From: Macrostomum lignano
Lineage: Eukaryota
Length of the DNA stretch: 64,000 bases
Assembly (NCBI GenBank): GCA_002269645.1
Contig: NIVC01002752.1
Coordinates: forward strand, 79,298 to 143,297
Direction: 5' to 3'
Shown here: one piece after another, positions 63,601 to 64,000 of the stretch
Layout: each line of letters opens with the position of its first letter
Position numbering within the stretch: the first letter of the stretch is position 1
The notes under the pieces: model-generated
Database searches by the model: none
What the model was told of the DNA's origin: nothing
The model's input: the letters and a program-made list of their open reading frames with translations, nothing else
Program-made: the position numbers and the translations under genes

Positions 63601-63953
63601 TGTGCCGACTTGCAGGCAGTCCAGCACGCGCTCAATGTGTGCAGCGGCACTGACTTTCTGATCGTCAGGCATGTACACTCTCTGTGCCTTTCGTTCATAG
63701 GCCCCAAACGAATGCGGCCGCACACGGAGTTGAACCAGGGATCGTGGGTTGAGGGTCAGAGGCGTCTACCTCTGAGCTGCTAACACCTCAGTTTGTGTCT
63801 TTTTTGTTGTAGTTTAAAAGCCTAATTTCATTCACCACAGGCGAAGTCACTGCTGCCGCTGTGCAGTCCGGATAGCTGGCTCCAGATTCTACCGGAGGAT
63901 CAGCGGCCGAGGTCAATTACTGATAGCCAGGAGAGGATTCTGCAGGAAATGGA
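48686..63953 (+). CDS. pms2: DNA mismatch repair protein PMS2 (MutL family), N-terminal ATPase exons; gene continues beyond the window
   Basis: Exons 48686-48818, 48911-48997, 49641-49743, 49845-49947, 50940-51112, 63460-63538, 63841-63953 join in phase. Motifs: [106 protein letters not shown] and GKR favour PMS2 over PMS1 or MLH1. Confidence 0.9.
49073..49575. repeat. 39-bp minisatellite filling PMS2 intron 2
   Basis: Unit GTAGATTGGGGTGTAGCATGAGGACCACCGAAGGACCAA, about 13 copies. Confidence 0.95.
50020..50720. repeat. About 21-bp degenerate minisatellite (GGGATTCACTGAATCTGAACT), PMS2 intron 4
   Basis: Tandem degenerate units. Confidence 0.92.
51195..51603 (+). repeat. 14-bp minisatellite (GCTAGCCGAAGTTT/ATCT), left arm of a long inverted repeat in PMS2 intron 5
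   Basis: Tandem units; outer and inner edges match the reverse complement of 62592-62870. Confidence 0.95.
53344..54740 (-). mobile_element. Mutator-like (MULE) DDE transposase, defective
   Basis: ORF 53344..54558 with [64 protein letters not shown] probable 5' terminus ends at 54740 (GGGTTCCGCCACATGCAG on minus). No matching second TIR found. Confidence 0.88.
56877..59761 (-). pseudogene. pol: Gypsy Pol (protease, linker, RT, RNase H) with nonsense and frameshift lesions; no integrase
   Basis: In-frame TAA at 59402-59404 inside the protease; 1-nt frameshift near 58665 (EPVGIPTR / [13 protein letters not shown]). After RNase H the frame becomes Pro-rich and stops at 56877 without HHCC or DDE motifs. 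Confidence 0.88.
59758..60903 (-). CDS. gag: Gypsy Gag (capsid-like region plus CCHC nucleocapsid)
   Basis: Open 381-aa frame from MDNPL with a CX2CX4HX4C knuckle. Confidence 0.85.
   Translation of the reverse strand: MDNPLNNLIEALTEQLHQRLEIRQPTRHVKIQKFTPNQDVRVWIAALEQRCEIEGIPRDQFKQEIMLNSDLGTTFASVKCMNLPDYLTYEEFKARLIERFGKLGSTAEFREEFRMRHHRKTETIDEFADSLIELAANAFPHFTEEQVQVEIVEQFIRNARITPESREKLILAQVATLQEARRTLRRIETAFSMSHKVNKEPVCRTTRNEDELKFTEFMQQQQAELQQQRKLLQELLNDRDARRRSERWRADDRQPQQAYLRRDYGFQYRQQRGMSRDRRDRSSYQREPSQERRYYLPQAQGDRYAPRDRREVNAAGQRRSTDQAGQMPTQPRQVVCFNCGVPGHVVRECREPNRNQPQAPKAGSQPKVNFRQPGNAEGRAV
60959..60976 (-). other. Primer-binding site complementary to the tRNA-Leu 3' end
   Basis: TGGTGGCAGCGGTGGGAT on minus, 2 nt after the ...TTTTACA LTR-like end. 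Confidence 0.85.
62592..62870 (-). repeat. 14-bp minisatellite (TTCGGCTAGCAGAT on +), right arm of the inverted repeat in PMS2 intron 5
   Basis: Reverse complement of the 51195-51603 array, including the unique edge GCTAGCGAGAAATTTGCTTGCCGAAATC. Confidence 0.95.
63600..63787 (-). mobile_element. tRNA-derived SINE (degenerate tRNA head) in PMS2 intron 6
   Basis: GGTGTTAGCAGCTCAGAGGTAGA (A box) and GGTTCAACTCC (B box); stems do not close into a tRNA; the body is shared with 39934-39985. Confidence 0.7.
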
Positions 63954-64000
63954 GTGAGTCTGTTATACCTAGTTATACCTATATCTAGCATAATACCAAG

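Overview
Eukaryotic (animal) genomic DNA with GT-AG spliced genes whose introns are largely filled by minisatellites. The style (GC-rich Ala/Gln-rich exons, intronic minisatellites) suggests a free-living flatworm such as Macrostomum, but that is inference only. Three genes can be assembled by hand in consistent splice phase: (1) a minus-strand secreted serine beta-lactamase/PBP-family gene (11506-15934) with a frameshift right after its SxxK motif; (2) a complete 8-exon inscuteable (INSC) ortholog (27313-41877, +); (3) the first seven coding exons of PMS2 (48686 to beyond the window, +). PMS2 intron 5 (12.3 kb) holds a damaged MULE transposase and a damaged, integrase-less Ty3/Gypsy element. 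Also present: a miniature MULE with TIRs and TSD, two tRNA-derived SINE families, a LINE 3' fragment inside (AAC)n, about 25 tandem arrays and a few unidentified exon-like segments. Most long ORFs in the supplied track are artefacts of tandem repeats. No CRISPR array, rRNA or intact tRNA is supported. The most unusual structures are two pairs of inverted minisatellite arrays, one around an exon and one at the two ends of the transposon-loaded PMS2 intron, and a large CAGGTG E-box array inside insc.
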